DNA of 55,035 nt, the filler included, from Jimgerdemannia flammicorona (Eukaryota), in assembly GCA_003990765.1 (NCBI GenBank). It is 2 parts of 2 records of this genome, joined end to end, with 100 filler letters (N's around TTAATTAATTAA, not from the genome) between each part and the next. Parts side by side here need not be neighbours in the genome. Positions count along the whole stretch, not along the records: positions 27,597 to 55,035 come from RBNJ01000627.1; 1 more part is not named here. The stretch is one strand, 5' to 3'. The stretch's first letter is position 1. Every line of letters starts with the position of its first letter. The position numbers were made by a program, and so were the translations under genes. Shown piece after piece: positions 37,718 through 50,700 of the stretch. A model generated the notes under the pieces. The model was not told the DNA's origin, made no database searches, and saw only the letters and a program-made list of their open reading frames with translations.

Positions 37718-40700
37718 ATGGTACTAGGAAACCACAGATCCAGGGACCCATCAGCTTATAATTGACCAAGCTTACAAGAATCTATACCAGGCCTTTAGGA
37801 CTTACCACCCAGGACTTAGAAATATAGTCAGCCACCATACGTTCTACAAACTTCTCTATAAATATATTAGAACCACTAGGACCCCAGAATCTACTGCTGC
37901 AGCCACTCAGGATTTTTTAGATTATATCTCACCCCCTGCTGCAAGAGAAGCAGCTGCCGAGTAGATTACCTCTGACAGATATCATCATACCCACCAAGAC
38001 CTCACTCTACTACAGGTTAGTTGTATACTATACCTCTGCCATAACCTGGTATGAGAATGAGCAAGCAGGCCACCCACCCCCTACTGCTGAACAAGAAGCA
38101 GGCCCATCTACTTAGCCAGAAACTGATATTTGCTTTGAAGGACCTAGTCAGTACAAAGATGCACTATCTCATCAGGAAAGGAAGTCAGACAAAGACTCTA
38201 CAGGTTACCAGTCTGACAATAGCCAACTAGAAATAGTAGGCCTAGGAATTTACCAAGGAATTACAGATTAAGAAAATCAGACTCCAGAACCAACCCAGCC
38301 ACCTATATAGAGATTTGGGTTACCCTTCCTCACAGGACTCTTTGATCTGATATCTGGGAATCAAGTAACCCCAAGTCATATAGCACTACAACCTCATCAG
38401 GAAGATCAATCTTCAGGAGAATCTACCCCAATAGGCCTACCACCAATAGTCAATACAATGATAGATGTCAATATTACAGCACTGACTACCTAGCTAGCTG
38501 CACTAGCAGGAATAGTAGAATAGATTGCTGAATAGAACAAAACAACCAAAACTTTGCAAATCCCAACATTCAGTGGAAAAAACAGTGATATTGAAAACTT
38601 CATCAATATAGTTGATATAGGTTACCAAGCAAACTAATAGAATAACAACCAAGTGCCTATAGGAATGCTCACTAATAATCAGAACAATACTCTTCAACAG
38701 TTGTTTACCACATCAGCAGTACAAGTGGAAACAGTAGCCACATTCTTCACTAAAACAGCAGCTGAATTCTGGCAAATCTTGGAATAGCACCCAGTAACCT
38801 GAAAAAACCACCCTCAAGTCAATAGACAAGCACCTGCCAACAATAGACCAGGTTGGGATGACTATGAAGCAGGCCCAGGACTCAAGGCCCTGCTACTGAC
38901 CAAATTTCAAAATGCAGTCTATATATAAGAAACTTGGAACAAACTGTCTCAGATGAAGTTCTACAAGAATGGTGAAGAGGATCTTGAGATCTTTGCCACC
39001 AGAATGGATACCTACCTCAAAACCATTGGACTTACCTACCGGGAGAACAATTAGGCCATCAATAGTACCAGAGCCAACCATCTCTTTGCAGCTCTACCAG
39101 ACTGGCTCACCCAGAAGATCAAGGAACAAGGTCTTCTCTAAGGATGCCCCCACTATTCATAGTGCTTTGCCCAAGTACAAAGAAGAGCCTGTGAAATCCT
39201 TGCTGCACAAGCCTCATGAAATCAGGAACATAAGAAGGATAACCAAGATAGGAGGAATCCTACTAGGAGAAATGATCAAAGGAATGATCAAAGGAACCAG
39301 CAAAACCCCAGAGGACTCAGACCTCCAACTGAGGATGAAAAAAAGCAGCTCTGCAAAAAGAGATTGTGCTTCATCTACAAGAAGGCAGGACACATCTCAT
39401 TCAAATGCTCTGAGAAGAGAAACAGATCAGGCAAACCCAGTAACCAGAACATTACTATTATTAGAGAAGGCCCAGAAAAGAAGAACTCTGAGAATATCAT
39501 CAAAGCAGAAGATATGGTACAAGGCTACTATCCCCACTAAGGCCCACCCAACTGATACTGGATATGACCTCTACAGTAGCCAAGACCTCACTATCTCACT
39601 AAGTACCAATGCTACAGTGCAAATAGAGATTGCAATACAAGCTCCCAAAGATATATATATCTACCTTATTGAGCGAAGCAGCTTAGCCAAAGAGTTCAAC
39701 ATTGGGCTAGGAGGAGGAGTAGTTGACCAAGGATATACTGGTGAAATCCATATTATCTTGTGAAATTTTGGAGACACATCATTTGAAGTCAAAGCAGGCC
39801 AAAGAATCGCCTAAGCAATCATTGAAGAAATCCATTAAGATCTCACCATTGAAGAAGTCCCCAAGTTCTCTCAGACAGACTATGGCAAGAAAGGGTTTGG
39901 ATCAACCAACAAACCTTCTAGTCAAAAGGTCACAATTATAAAGAAAGATGATGAAAACTGGTACAAGAGAATTGCAAATGGTTATATACCATGTGGATGA
40001 TACCCTCATTCTATTCAAATGTACTACATGGAACATGTTAATAAATGCCATATATGCCTCTTCAAGGTTTTTAAAATCAACTCTGAAAGAAACCAAGCCC
40101 AAAAGACTGAGGAACTCAAACAAGACCACTCTCCTTGTGAAGGATGGGGAGAAACTGACTTCAAGGAGACTAATAGCAATTGGGACAATAATGAAGAGGA
40201 AGAGCTCAACACCATCAAGAAGGAGGACAGTTGTATCAAGTTCACAGACCAAGTTCACAGACAAAATGTCAATGTCTTACTTGATAGCAGTGCTACTGGA
40301 AACTATATCAGCACCAAGACTGCCAAGAAGATTGGAGCCTGAAGCAAACCAGCTACCGAAAAAAGGATTATTATCTTTAGTGATGGCAAGACTGTACCAC
40401 TGACTAAGATCTGTGAAGACCTCTTGCTTAAGATTGGCAAATATCAAGAGAAGTTGGACTTCAGCATTGTAGACCTCTCAGGACAAGATATTATCCTAGG
40501 AAAAGCCTGGTTGACTCAGCACAACCCAGATATTAACTAGAGGACCAATGAGGTTAACCTGATCTATGAAGGAAGAAAGATCACCCTGACACCCCAGGAA
40601 GGTACCAACTATCAAGGAATTGAAATCATCTCTGCCATTCAAATGAAGAGACTCTCTCAAAAAGAGGGAAACACCTACTTCATCTGCACAGTACAAGAAG

Positions 40701-43600
40701 TCACTGAAGCTACAAGTAGCCCAATTCCAACAGAAGCTCAAGAACTATTTGAAGAGTTCCAAGATATATTCCAGGACCCTCAAGGACTTCTACCTAAACA
40801 CCAAATCTAATATGAAATTGATCTTATTTCAGGATCTGAACCTCCTTATAAGAGTATCTATCAATTGACCCAACCTGAACTTAAGACCCTCAAGGATAAG
40901 TTGACCAAACTACTGGCCCAAGGATATATTGAATCTAGCCACTCTCCATTTGGAGCCCCCATCCTATTTGTCAAGAAAAAGGATGGCTCTCTGCAAATAT
41001 ATATTGACTACAGAGCCCTTAACAAAATTACTATCAAGAACCAGTATGTCTTACCCAGGATTGATGAGTTGTTACACCAAATCTTCAAGGCCAAGATCTT
41101 TTCCCTACTAGACTTGCAAAATGGCTACCACTAGATTCTTATTGATGAGAAGGACATTGAAAAGACAGCTTTCCAAATACAGTTTGGATACTACTAGTTC
41201 CGAGTTATGCCTTTTGGTTTAACCAATGCTCCAGTAATATTCCAGTATCTGATGAATGACATCTTTGGACCACTCCTCAACATTTGTATTTTTGTATATA
41301 TTGATGATATACTAATCTACAGTGAAACAGTAGAGTTATACTACACCCACCTCAGATAGGTACTGACCCTTCTGCGAGAACACCAGCTCTATGCTAAGAT
41401 GAGCAAGTATAAGTTCTATCAAGACCAGATTGAGTACCTAGGACATATCATATCTGCTGAAAGTATCAATGTGGACTCCCAAAAGATATCAGCCCTCAAG
41501 GATATTTCCATCCCTACTACCCTCAAGCTACTCCAGCACTTTCTGGGTATTGTCAGTTATTACCAAAGATTTATTCAAGGATACTCTGCTATTGTAGCCC
41601 TACTGACCAGCCTGGCCTACAAAGGAGTAAACATCAAGACTGAATGGACTCCTGAATGTACCCAGACTATGGACCATCTCAAGAGACTCCTTACTAAGGC
41701 CCCAGTGCTAATTGCACCTGACCCTACTAGGCCATTCACTCTGACCACAGATGCCTCTGATATTGCCATTGAGGCAGTGCTCAGCCAAGAAGACCACCTA
41801 GTAGCCTACCTTTTCCAAAAGCTCAAGCTAGCTGAGATCTGGTATACTATCTATAAGAAGGAACTCCTGGCCATTGTTACTGCTCTCCAGGAATGGTGCC
41901 AGTTCCTTCTAGGATAACTATTTATGATCTACACTGATCACCATGCTCTGTAGTATATTCACATATAGCCCATACTGACCCACAGACAAGCCCACTGAAT
42001 GGAAATTATTGCCAACTTTGATATGGAAATCAAGTATATCCCAGGCAAAACCAACTGTGTGGCTGATGGTTTTTCCAGATATATGGGAGATGAACTTGTC
42101 TTCATGGTCAAGATAATTGGAGACCTTACCCAAATGATCAAGAATGGCTATCAGCAAGACAGCCCTCTGATGAAATTTCTTCAATTCTGCCAAAATCCAG
42201 AGGCCAAGGTCCCAGAACTCATGAGGCAAATGTCCAAGAGATTCTCTTACTGTGATGGACTTATCTACAGGGACCATGACAGAGTAGTTATACCCAATAA
42301 TAATACTCTGTGGCTCAAGATCATGCAGGAACTCCATGATACTCCTGCAGCAGGACACTTCAGTTTTGAGAAGACCTATAACCTCCTCTCAAGAGAGTTT
42401 TACTAGCCAAAGATGACCAAGGACATCAAAGACTTTGTGGCCTTATGTGAGATGTGCCAAAGATTCAAGAGTAGTAACAAGCTACCAGCAGGACTTCTGC
42501 AACCTCTGCCAATCCCAAGTCATAACTAGGATCAGTTTGCAATAGATTTCATTGTCCAACTCCCTAAGACCAAGGTTGGATGGGATGCCATTGTGGTATT
42601 CATAGACTGCTTAAGCAAACAAGCCCATTTTGCACCCACTAAGACTACCGCTACTATACCAGAAATTGCCAAGATTTTCCTCAACCAAGTATTCAAACTA
42701 CATAACATGCCTAGCACCATTGTATCTGACTGGGATGCTAAGTTCAAAAGTAACTTCTGGAAGGTATTTTTCTCTCTCTATGGAACCAAGCTGAAGTTCT
42801 CTACTGCCTACCACCCTCAGACTGACAGTCAAACCAAGTGAATCAATAGGACCCTCAAACAGATGCTCAGCATCTTCTACTGCTACAAGCAGAATGATTG
42901 GGACAAGTACCTAGCCCATGCTGAGTTTGCCTACAACAACAGTTAGCAAATCTCTACAAAGAAGACTCCATTCTTTCTGAACCACAGTCAATATCCAAGG
43001 ACCCTGAGTACCACTGTAAAATCAGCAGTCCCAGTAGCCCAAGATCTGGCTGAGACCATTTCTGATCTTACTTGAATGACAAGAGATACTCTCATAGAAG
43101 CACAGGACTACCAGACCAAGTATGCAAACTTGAAGTGAAGAAAAGTCTCTTATAATATTAATGACATAGTCATGCTTAGAACAGACTATCTCCACCCAGA
43201 TACCCTGGCACAATAACTGGTCAAGAAACTCTATACTAGAAGAATTGGACCATATAAGATTGTGGAAAAAGTCAGCAAAGTCAACTATAAGTTGCAACTT
43301 CTCCACAACATCTAAGTACACCCAGTATTCCATATCAGCCAATTGGTGGAATACTATGAGAACACATTTTCTGAGTATACAGTTCCACCTCCACTTCCAA
43401 TTAGGATCAATAATCAAAAGAAATTTGAAATTGAGGAAGTACTTGACTATAAGATCCACAAATATTCCAAAATAGTCAAGTGGATTTTTCTCATCAAGTG
43501 GAAGGGTTACCCCACCCATGATGCTATCTGGGAAAAAGAAGAAGCTCTAGAGAATGCACATGAAGTTCTCCAGGACTACATGGAAACACTCACCCCCTAG
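37718..43600 (+). pseudogene. Gypsy B gag-pol (stops, frameshifts)
   Basis: Knuckle [40 protein letters not shown] and YIDD, RH TTDASD, IN HDTPAAGH and YHPQTD, chromodomain FEIEEVLD...LIKWKGY...DAIWE. The start is approximate. Confidence 0.93.
39510..39910 (+). pseudogene. dUTPase domain of Gypsy B, between gag and PR
   Basis: Motifs TGYDLYS, RSSLA, GGVVDQGYTGEI and GKKGFGST. Confidence 0.93.
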
Positions 43601-44258
43601 CAAAGGAAAGAACTACAGCTCTAAAAATTAGAGCACATAGCAACAGGAGGATGCTATATATTTTTATCCAAAACATATATTACTGAACATTGCAGAAAAA
43701 AGAAATACTATAATTGAGAAGACACTCAGACAAAGGACAATCTAGCATAGTACAGCAAAACACATTTGAACAACTCTATTTCACATCATCTATATCATCT
43801 CCACTGGATGATGATAGATACTTCATATGAAACTTAGAAAAGCCAACAATGTCAAAACCAATCTAAGCCCATCTACATGATAGATATTATTACTTAGGAA
43901 TTGCCTCAGATTATAAGAAAGTTTATTTTCAAGAGGTTCGAACCCCCAGCCATGACAATGAGAGCTCTTGTCCTAGACAAGTATGGTTAGTCCTTGTAAA
44001 TATATCAACCAGACAAAAAGAAAGAGAACCAAGACCTACTAACCCTGTGTAACTATGACTACAAGTGACAATATCTTTAAAATCAGGATCTTCTCATGTG
44101 CCCAGTATATGCCTGCTTACAGCAACAGATCATATATTTTGCTGGAAGGTATAACCAAAAGAAGGTCACACCAGATGGGTGAATAAGTATAAATACCCAA
44201 GGCAAGAATGTCCCACAACTCTCACCTCTCTCCTCACAAAGAAAAGACAAAGACAAGA

Positions 44259-45086
44259 ATGCCTGCTATCTGCCACCAAACTGCCTGTCATAGCCAGCTC
44301 CTCCCAAGCCAGATTGACTGCCTTTTTGGACACATCCAGATTGCCATCCAAGGAAGGAACCACTGCTCTGAGGCCCTTAACCTCTTCAGCCCAGACCTAG
44401 GACAGTACGTCCTTGACCACTATGAACTTATCAAATGGACCTACCTTGCTATCAGCCACCTAGAGATCTAGCATGAATACAAAGTCAGCCACCAGCTTCT
44501 TCAACATACAAATGGCCTACCTACTGACCAGGTCTCAGACAGGACCCACCTGGACAGATATGAGCAAAGACTTACCAAAAAGGTTCATCAAATCTTGTGC
44601 CATGCACCCTTTGCAATCCCCAACCTCAACTATGTCCAACTGAAGGATTTCCAGAACCTCTCTTTCCCTGAAGTGGATGCTCTAGAGATCAAGGTTGCCC
44701 AAGAAGCCAACTCCTGGATTGCCCTCAAGTCCACTGACTGTGAACCCCACTAGAGCCTCCTCCTGAATGACAACCCAGACCAATTGCTCCAAGGCCTCTC
44801 TGACCTCTTTGAAGGACTATCTATTCGAATGGATATCCTCAGGCATGAGGATTAAGAACCTTACTTAGATGGTCTCAACCACATCAGATGGAGAACCCCT
44901 ACACTAGCATCCATCCCAATGCAAGAACCATTTGCAGACCTCATTGACTTCTCCATCCTGGACAGCAAGCCATCAGCATCTACCCCCCCTGCCACTGAAG
45001 AAGATGGCAACAAACCTGAGGAAGACTCTCCACCTTTCTCTCCCCTGGTTCTCAATTTCCAAATCAATGAGGATATTGATTTCTAA
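44259..45086 (+). pseudogene. Accessory ORF of Gypsy B (275 codons, 3 internal stops), function unknown
   Basis: Single frame MPAICHQ...PLVLNFQINEDIDF*, ending at the PPT. Homologous to the LTR ORF of family A. TATAAATA at 44188. Confidence 0.85.
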
Positions 45087-45097
45087 GGAGGGAAGGA

Positions 45098-45853
45098 TAT
45101 AATAGAATGAACAAGCAAATAGATAAGATGTGATGAGTGATCATATGACCTTGCAATGACCTCATCATACAATTGAGCATGACATACAAATGAATGATAT
45201 GAAACAATGTGAAAAACAATATCCAGCTTATCCCTGACAATTGGTGCTGCAGCAACTGTTACCACCGCAGCTGATCATTATCTAGTAATTGAGGTCCTGA
45301 TCACAAAGTTGTTTTTACCAAAAACCATCTGATAAAGGTCATAATCACAAACCTCACTATAGTTAACTCATACTTAGTTAGAAATCATGGACCAACTTGT
45401 ATAAATACCCCCCAGTTTCCATCCAAAATAAAGCAGTTTTAGTTCAGTCCTTAATATAAGAATTAAGTCCCCCCACACACACACATTCTCCTGAGTCTTA
45501 GTAATGACACCTAAGTAACTCTAGTATTTCTGACTAAACTCCAGAAGCCTAGCTAACTTCTGCCAGAACTGAGCCTGATATATAAATTCCCAAAGACTTA
45601 AGTAAACCCATTGAATCTGAATTCCAAGGTGAATTTAGTCTGTGTACAGCAAAGAACAAGACCCTTGAAAGATAGGGAAAACCAGAAAAAGACCTTTAAA
45701 ACAAAAGGTACTGCTGCTACAATTACATATAAGCAAGTACTTTCTCAAACTGAAGGCTTCTTGGTATATATTGTATACTAAGTCCCTAAGTAATAGTCTT
45801 ACTTCTCTAATTATCCAAAGGATAAGAGAGGGGTAGAAGTGAGAGTTACTACA
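45098..45853 (+). repeat. 3' LTR of Gypsy B
   Basis: Follows the PPT (45085-45097), ends CTACA and is followed by the TSD. Confidence 0.93.
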
Positions 45854-45858
45854 ATAAG

Positions 45859-46180
45859 CCAGACTTTGCAAGCCTTGTACTTATAAGCTTAGCCAATAGC
45901 TGATATTATATAATATCAGCTTATATATACATCATATCAGCTTGTAACTGAGCTTGTCTAGACTTGTAAGTACAAGGCTTGCAAAGCCTGGCTTATGCAA
46001 ATCTCACTTTAATTTTACTTATAAATCTCACTTTAATCTTGCTTGCAAATCTTGCTTTAATCTTGCTTGCAAATCTTGCTTGAATCTCACTGAAAATCTT
46101 GCTCAAATGCACTACAAATCTCACTCAAACATCATTGCAAACCTTGCTTACTTGGGGCTTATGCAGAATATGCTGAATCA
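45859..46180. repeat. Hairpin 2: core and right arm (left arm continues at 30032-30184)
   Basis: Perfect 24-bp palindrome AGCTGATATTATATAATATCAGCT at 45898-45921. 45995-46180 is the reverse complement of 30032-30184. Confidence 0.85.
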
Positions 46181-47068
46181 TGCAGAACACACTAAATCTC
46201 CAAAGTATGTTTGCTGTTTGCAGTTGTATAATAGGTACCAGTTCACCATCCATATATATTTATTCATCCATCCTCTATCCACAATTGATCATTAGCTATC
46301 ACATCTTATGCTGCCACCTCATTACTCTCCATCTTGCTGCCTCCCAGCTCACTGACTCCTGTTCCAGGCCCCACAGTTTCTGGCTTTCTCCACTACTCAC
46401 TGCTTCCCCCCAACTCTCCACTCCCTAGTTCACTGCTCCCCCAGCTCATTCCCCAGTTCACCACTCTCTAGCTCACCACTTTCTAGCCACTTTCTAGCTC
46501 TTGGCCTCTCACTCAAGCTTCCAGTCCCTGCCATCATCAAACACTTTTTGAAATGTCTAAAGATCAAGAAGTACATTTAGGAGAAATCTCAGAACTATTA
46601 GATAATATATTGGAGGATATATTGGAGGATATATTGAAGGATATATCAGATATCTCCACCAGTTCATTATTACCAATGAGTATGAGAATAAAAATAAAAA
46701 TAAAACCTGGTGATAGCTGGATATAGAATCATGCTACAAAGGTAGTTTTATATATTATACTAATGGTTGCATTCATAGGGATGGTTGGTCTCATCAGTCA
46801 TAAGGATGGTCAGTCATAAGAGTGGTTAGTTGTAAGTGGTTGAGGTTCTAATATAGTCTCACATCTCTCTATTCAAATAGAATTTACAAAGTAAGCTCAT
46901 CAGTTGCAACCATTGTATGACTTGGAACTATATATTGAAGAATGGCAATATCAACAATCTTAAACAACATCTCTGGAAGCATCACAATACCATGCTCTTA
47001 TCTCTCTAGCATACTGAGAATCCTTGCTGGTCTAAGAAAGATGATATTATAAGTATGAATAGAATGGA

Positions 47069-47082
47069 GGAGTCCAAGTGAC

Positions 47083-47121
<39 letters not shown>
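47069..47121 (+). mobile_element. Extremely 5'-truncated LINE (17 nt plus poly-A)
   Basis: GGAGTCCAAGTGACTAT matches the LINE 3' terminus. 18-bp TSD AAGTATGAATAGAATGGA at 47051-47068 and 47122-47139. Confidence 0.92.
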
Positions 47122-47126
<5 letters not shown>

Positions 47127-47739
47127 TGAATAGAATGGAATTTGGGAAGTACTTAAGAGGTTATTAGAAAAATAATTTATCAAATTTTATTATTACAAAT
47201 AGGAACATATTAGCAAGACTTTAAGTGATGAAAATTTCTATCAGTTAATTGCCAACTTCATTGTCACTGGATATCAGCCATTCTCTACTATCGAAAATGC
47301 TAACTTCAAGTATCTCTTTCACATATTATACCATAATCTGGCCCTTCCATCAGCTGATATGATTTCATATATTATTCAAAAGGAATTTAAACAATTGTAG
47401 ACTCAAGTAAAAGCAAAGCTAGCAGGGTTCAAGTCAAAGGTGTTACTTACACTTGATTGTTAGACATCAGATATTAACATCAAGACCTTCCTTGAAATAA
47501 CAGCCTATTGGATTGACAGTGATTGGAAGATATATGACATTATCTTAGACTTTATAAATATTAGCGAAATAACACACATGGGTGCCAATCTTGCAAAAAG
47601 TCTAAAGCTGGTAATAGATGATTTATAGCCTAGTGACAATCAAATAATTACTGTTGTATGTGATAATATCTGTAACAATGATACTCTGTTTAAGAATTTC
47701 CATCATCTGCTTGCTCATGTATACTGTTTTGAGTATGTG

Positions 47740-50700
47740 TTTTTTTTTTTTTTTTTTTTTTTTATAGTTACTTGGACTTCTCTTTATTATCACAATTTAT
47801 AAATAATAATACAATTTCACCCCACTCCTCACCCAATACTCCTTGGATCTCCTTCCCTACTCTCCATCTCTCCTCAATGGAGAATAACCCAGCCACCCAC
47901 CACCTGAACCCTCTCTCCACTTTTCTAATAGATATACATACAACACCAAACTCTGTCAGCCCCACCCACCTGGTCCCACCCCTCTTCACTAGCTATTCAA
48001 AATGTCAAGTATTAACCATTCCTATCATACCACTCTAGCCCTAACCTCAACCTACTGGCCCTCCTCAAAAACATATAGCCAATATCCAGCCAGCCTAACC
48101 CAAATTGCCAAAACCCATCCCAAGGTTTACCACTCATTCCCAACCCTGCCCACTAATCTTTGGCAGAGGTCCCCCCATTGCCTCTCTTCCCCCCCCACTA
48201 GGGCCTACAGCTCTAACAAGTTTGCAATATAGTGCCAAAACTCCCCCAGGACCTCATACTCACTAAGTCAATGTTCAGGCATTTGTACCACTCCACCCTC
48301 TTGGCCAACATTCAAACACTCCTCACACTCAAAAGTACCATCTGCCACCAAGTGCCCAGACTGATAGTTCAGCATCACATTTCGCCTTAGAAACCTCCAC
48401 CATACTACCCAGAACTTGGGGGGAAGCCAATGCATCACCTGCTTGCTCTAAGGCCAAAGACCATTCCAGTCTCACTCCTCACCAATCCCTACTCTCTGCC
48501 ATGCTTCAGGCCATAGGTCTCCCCCAAGGCCCCACATATAATCCATTCTATTGCCAAGCAGGAAATCCTCCACCAATACACCTCTCAGCAGTAGCCTGTC
48601 CCATCTCCACATCTGTGGGCCCCAGTCCTCCTCTCTTTCATTGCCCTGCCACTAAAGTCTAATTCTCCTTGCACCATCTACCACTCTCCATCAAAAACCT
48701 TTATACCTCATCCTCCTGCTCCCATCCAAGGCCACCATTGCAAGCAGGTCACCAGTCACTCTACAAGGGGAATACTAGACTTCTCACACCCTCTGCATGA
48801 GTAGTACCTACTCCTGGCCCCTCAACTCGCTCACTCTCTTTAGCCACTATGCTCTCAGGCAATGAAGGCATTTGGTAAAGTCTACCAAGCCTAGCCTGCC
48901 TCTGTCAACAGGCAGAGTCAGAACCTCCCATCCAATCTGACTTTGCCACTCAGCCCAGATCTATGATCTTGCTATCTTCAGAAGTTGTCTGACTACTCAC
49001 ACCAGGAAGTCCAGATGATACCCCACATACTATAGCTTCAGCAGCCAATATACATTTAGCACCATCACCCTTCCTGCCAAGGATATATACCGACCACCCC
49101 ACCTCAAAAGCACATTTCCCCATACTAGGAGCCACTGTTTCTACTATATATAGGGTAGGAGAGACCTATATACCAAAAGGTAGATCTCTAAATAATAGAC
49201 TGGTTCCCCTGCTGGCACTATCATTCCAATTACATTGCTGCTAACTATTCCACTGCTGAGCACCAGAGTCTCATATTTGTGCCAGTTGAGTTTGATATCT
49301 GAGCTCCTCTCATATCATTCAATCGACCTTCATAATTCCTCCACATCCTCTAATGAATCCAGTCCAACTACTATATCATCTGCAAAAGTCCCCACTTTCC
49401 AGTTAATTCTCAAGATATCCAAATCTCCAATTCAATGCCTGATTCTGTCCAATAGGGGCCCCAAGGAAAGGGCATATAAGATGAGTAACAAAGGGTCTCC
49501 TTGCAGCACCCTATGACCTAGTGGGAAAGTTACACCTCAGTACCCATTCACCACCAATGCTGCTTGACTGTTCTCTAAGAGACTGATTAATGACCTCCTG
49601 AACTCTGGGGGAACTCCCACCCATTTCAGCACCTCTTCCAGCCAGACTCTCCTCACCCTGTCATATGCCTTCTCCTGATCCAGAAACACTAACTGGCCAT
49701 TAACCCCAGCTGCCTGAGTTCCTTCAATTACCCCATGAACCCAGGCAGTTCTATCTCAAATCAACTGTCTACAACAAATCCCCTCTGCTCCACCCCTAGT
49801 ATCTGCTGAGTGATCCCCTGCAGTCTAGTTACCAAGATCTTTGTCACTGGCTTGCAGTCTATGTCCAGAAGCATGATCAGTCATCAGTTCTTCCAATCTT
49901 CTCTTCTCCCCTTATCCTTATAGAGCAAAGAGACCAGCCCTAGATGCTGGCCCCCAATCCATGATTCAGATTGAAGGACCTCATCACTTATCACCATTAT
50001 CTCCTCCAATACCACCTCTATCCCAGCCATCTTCTTCCAAAAATCCCAGAGAAGCCCAGCCTCTCCTAGAGCTATCTCTTTACTTGTTGAAGCCAAGACC
50101 TTGCATACTTCCTCCCCTCTCACTGAATCTCTCAGTATCCCCAGGCCCATAGCTGGGTCTGGATACCAATCCTCCAAATACCATTCAATGTTCAGGGCAT
50201 CCTCACCCCCTTCTTCCTCACTCCATAGATTCCCCCAGTGAGTCCTTAGCAATCCCAAAATCTTAAAAGTCCCTGCCACCATCTCCCCATCCTCATCTAG
50301 AATCCCCTCCCACTGCTGTCTGGTTCTCCAAGCCTGAAGTAACTGTGAAAGAAATCTGGTGGGCCTCTCCCCCTCCTTCAACCCCTGCCACTACAACCTT
50401 GCTACCATCCCCTTCAACTGAGCCTCTTCTTCCATTCATAGCACATCCTTTAACTCCTCAACTTCCTATTGAATCTACAGAATTTGTCAATTGGCTGCCC
50501 CCCAATCCTCCAGTGACCCTGCCCATCTCCCCAGAAGTGCCACCAATCTCTGTGAAGCCCATTGCACTCACTGCCACTGCTGAGCACTTCTTCCTTTCCC
50601 TGCCTCTCTCCAGTACCTCTGAGCACTTGATTTCAGCTGCTGCCAGCAATTTCCAATTGCCAATCCCTGCTCCCACCACCTACTAATCTTCTCAATAACT

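Larger units (their letters stand above)
30185..45853 (+). mobile_element. Complete Ty3/Gypsy (chromovirus-type) element, family B
   Basis: LTRs 30185-30950 and 45098-45853. TSD ATAAG at 30180-30184 and 45854-45858. PBS, PPT AAGGAGGGAAGGA and gag-dUTPase-PR-RT-RH-IN-chromodomain are present. Confidence 0.96.

Noticed and set aside
44259..45086. Accessory ORF as an envelope gene
   Set aside because: It is in the env position but has no signal peptide or transmembrane stretch.
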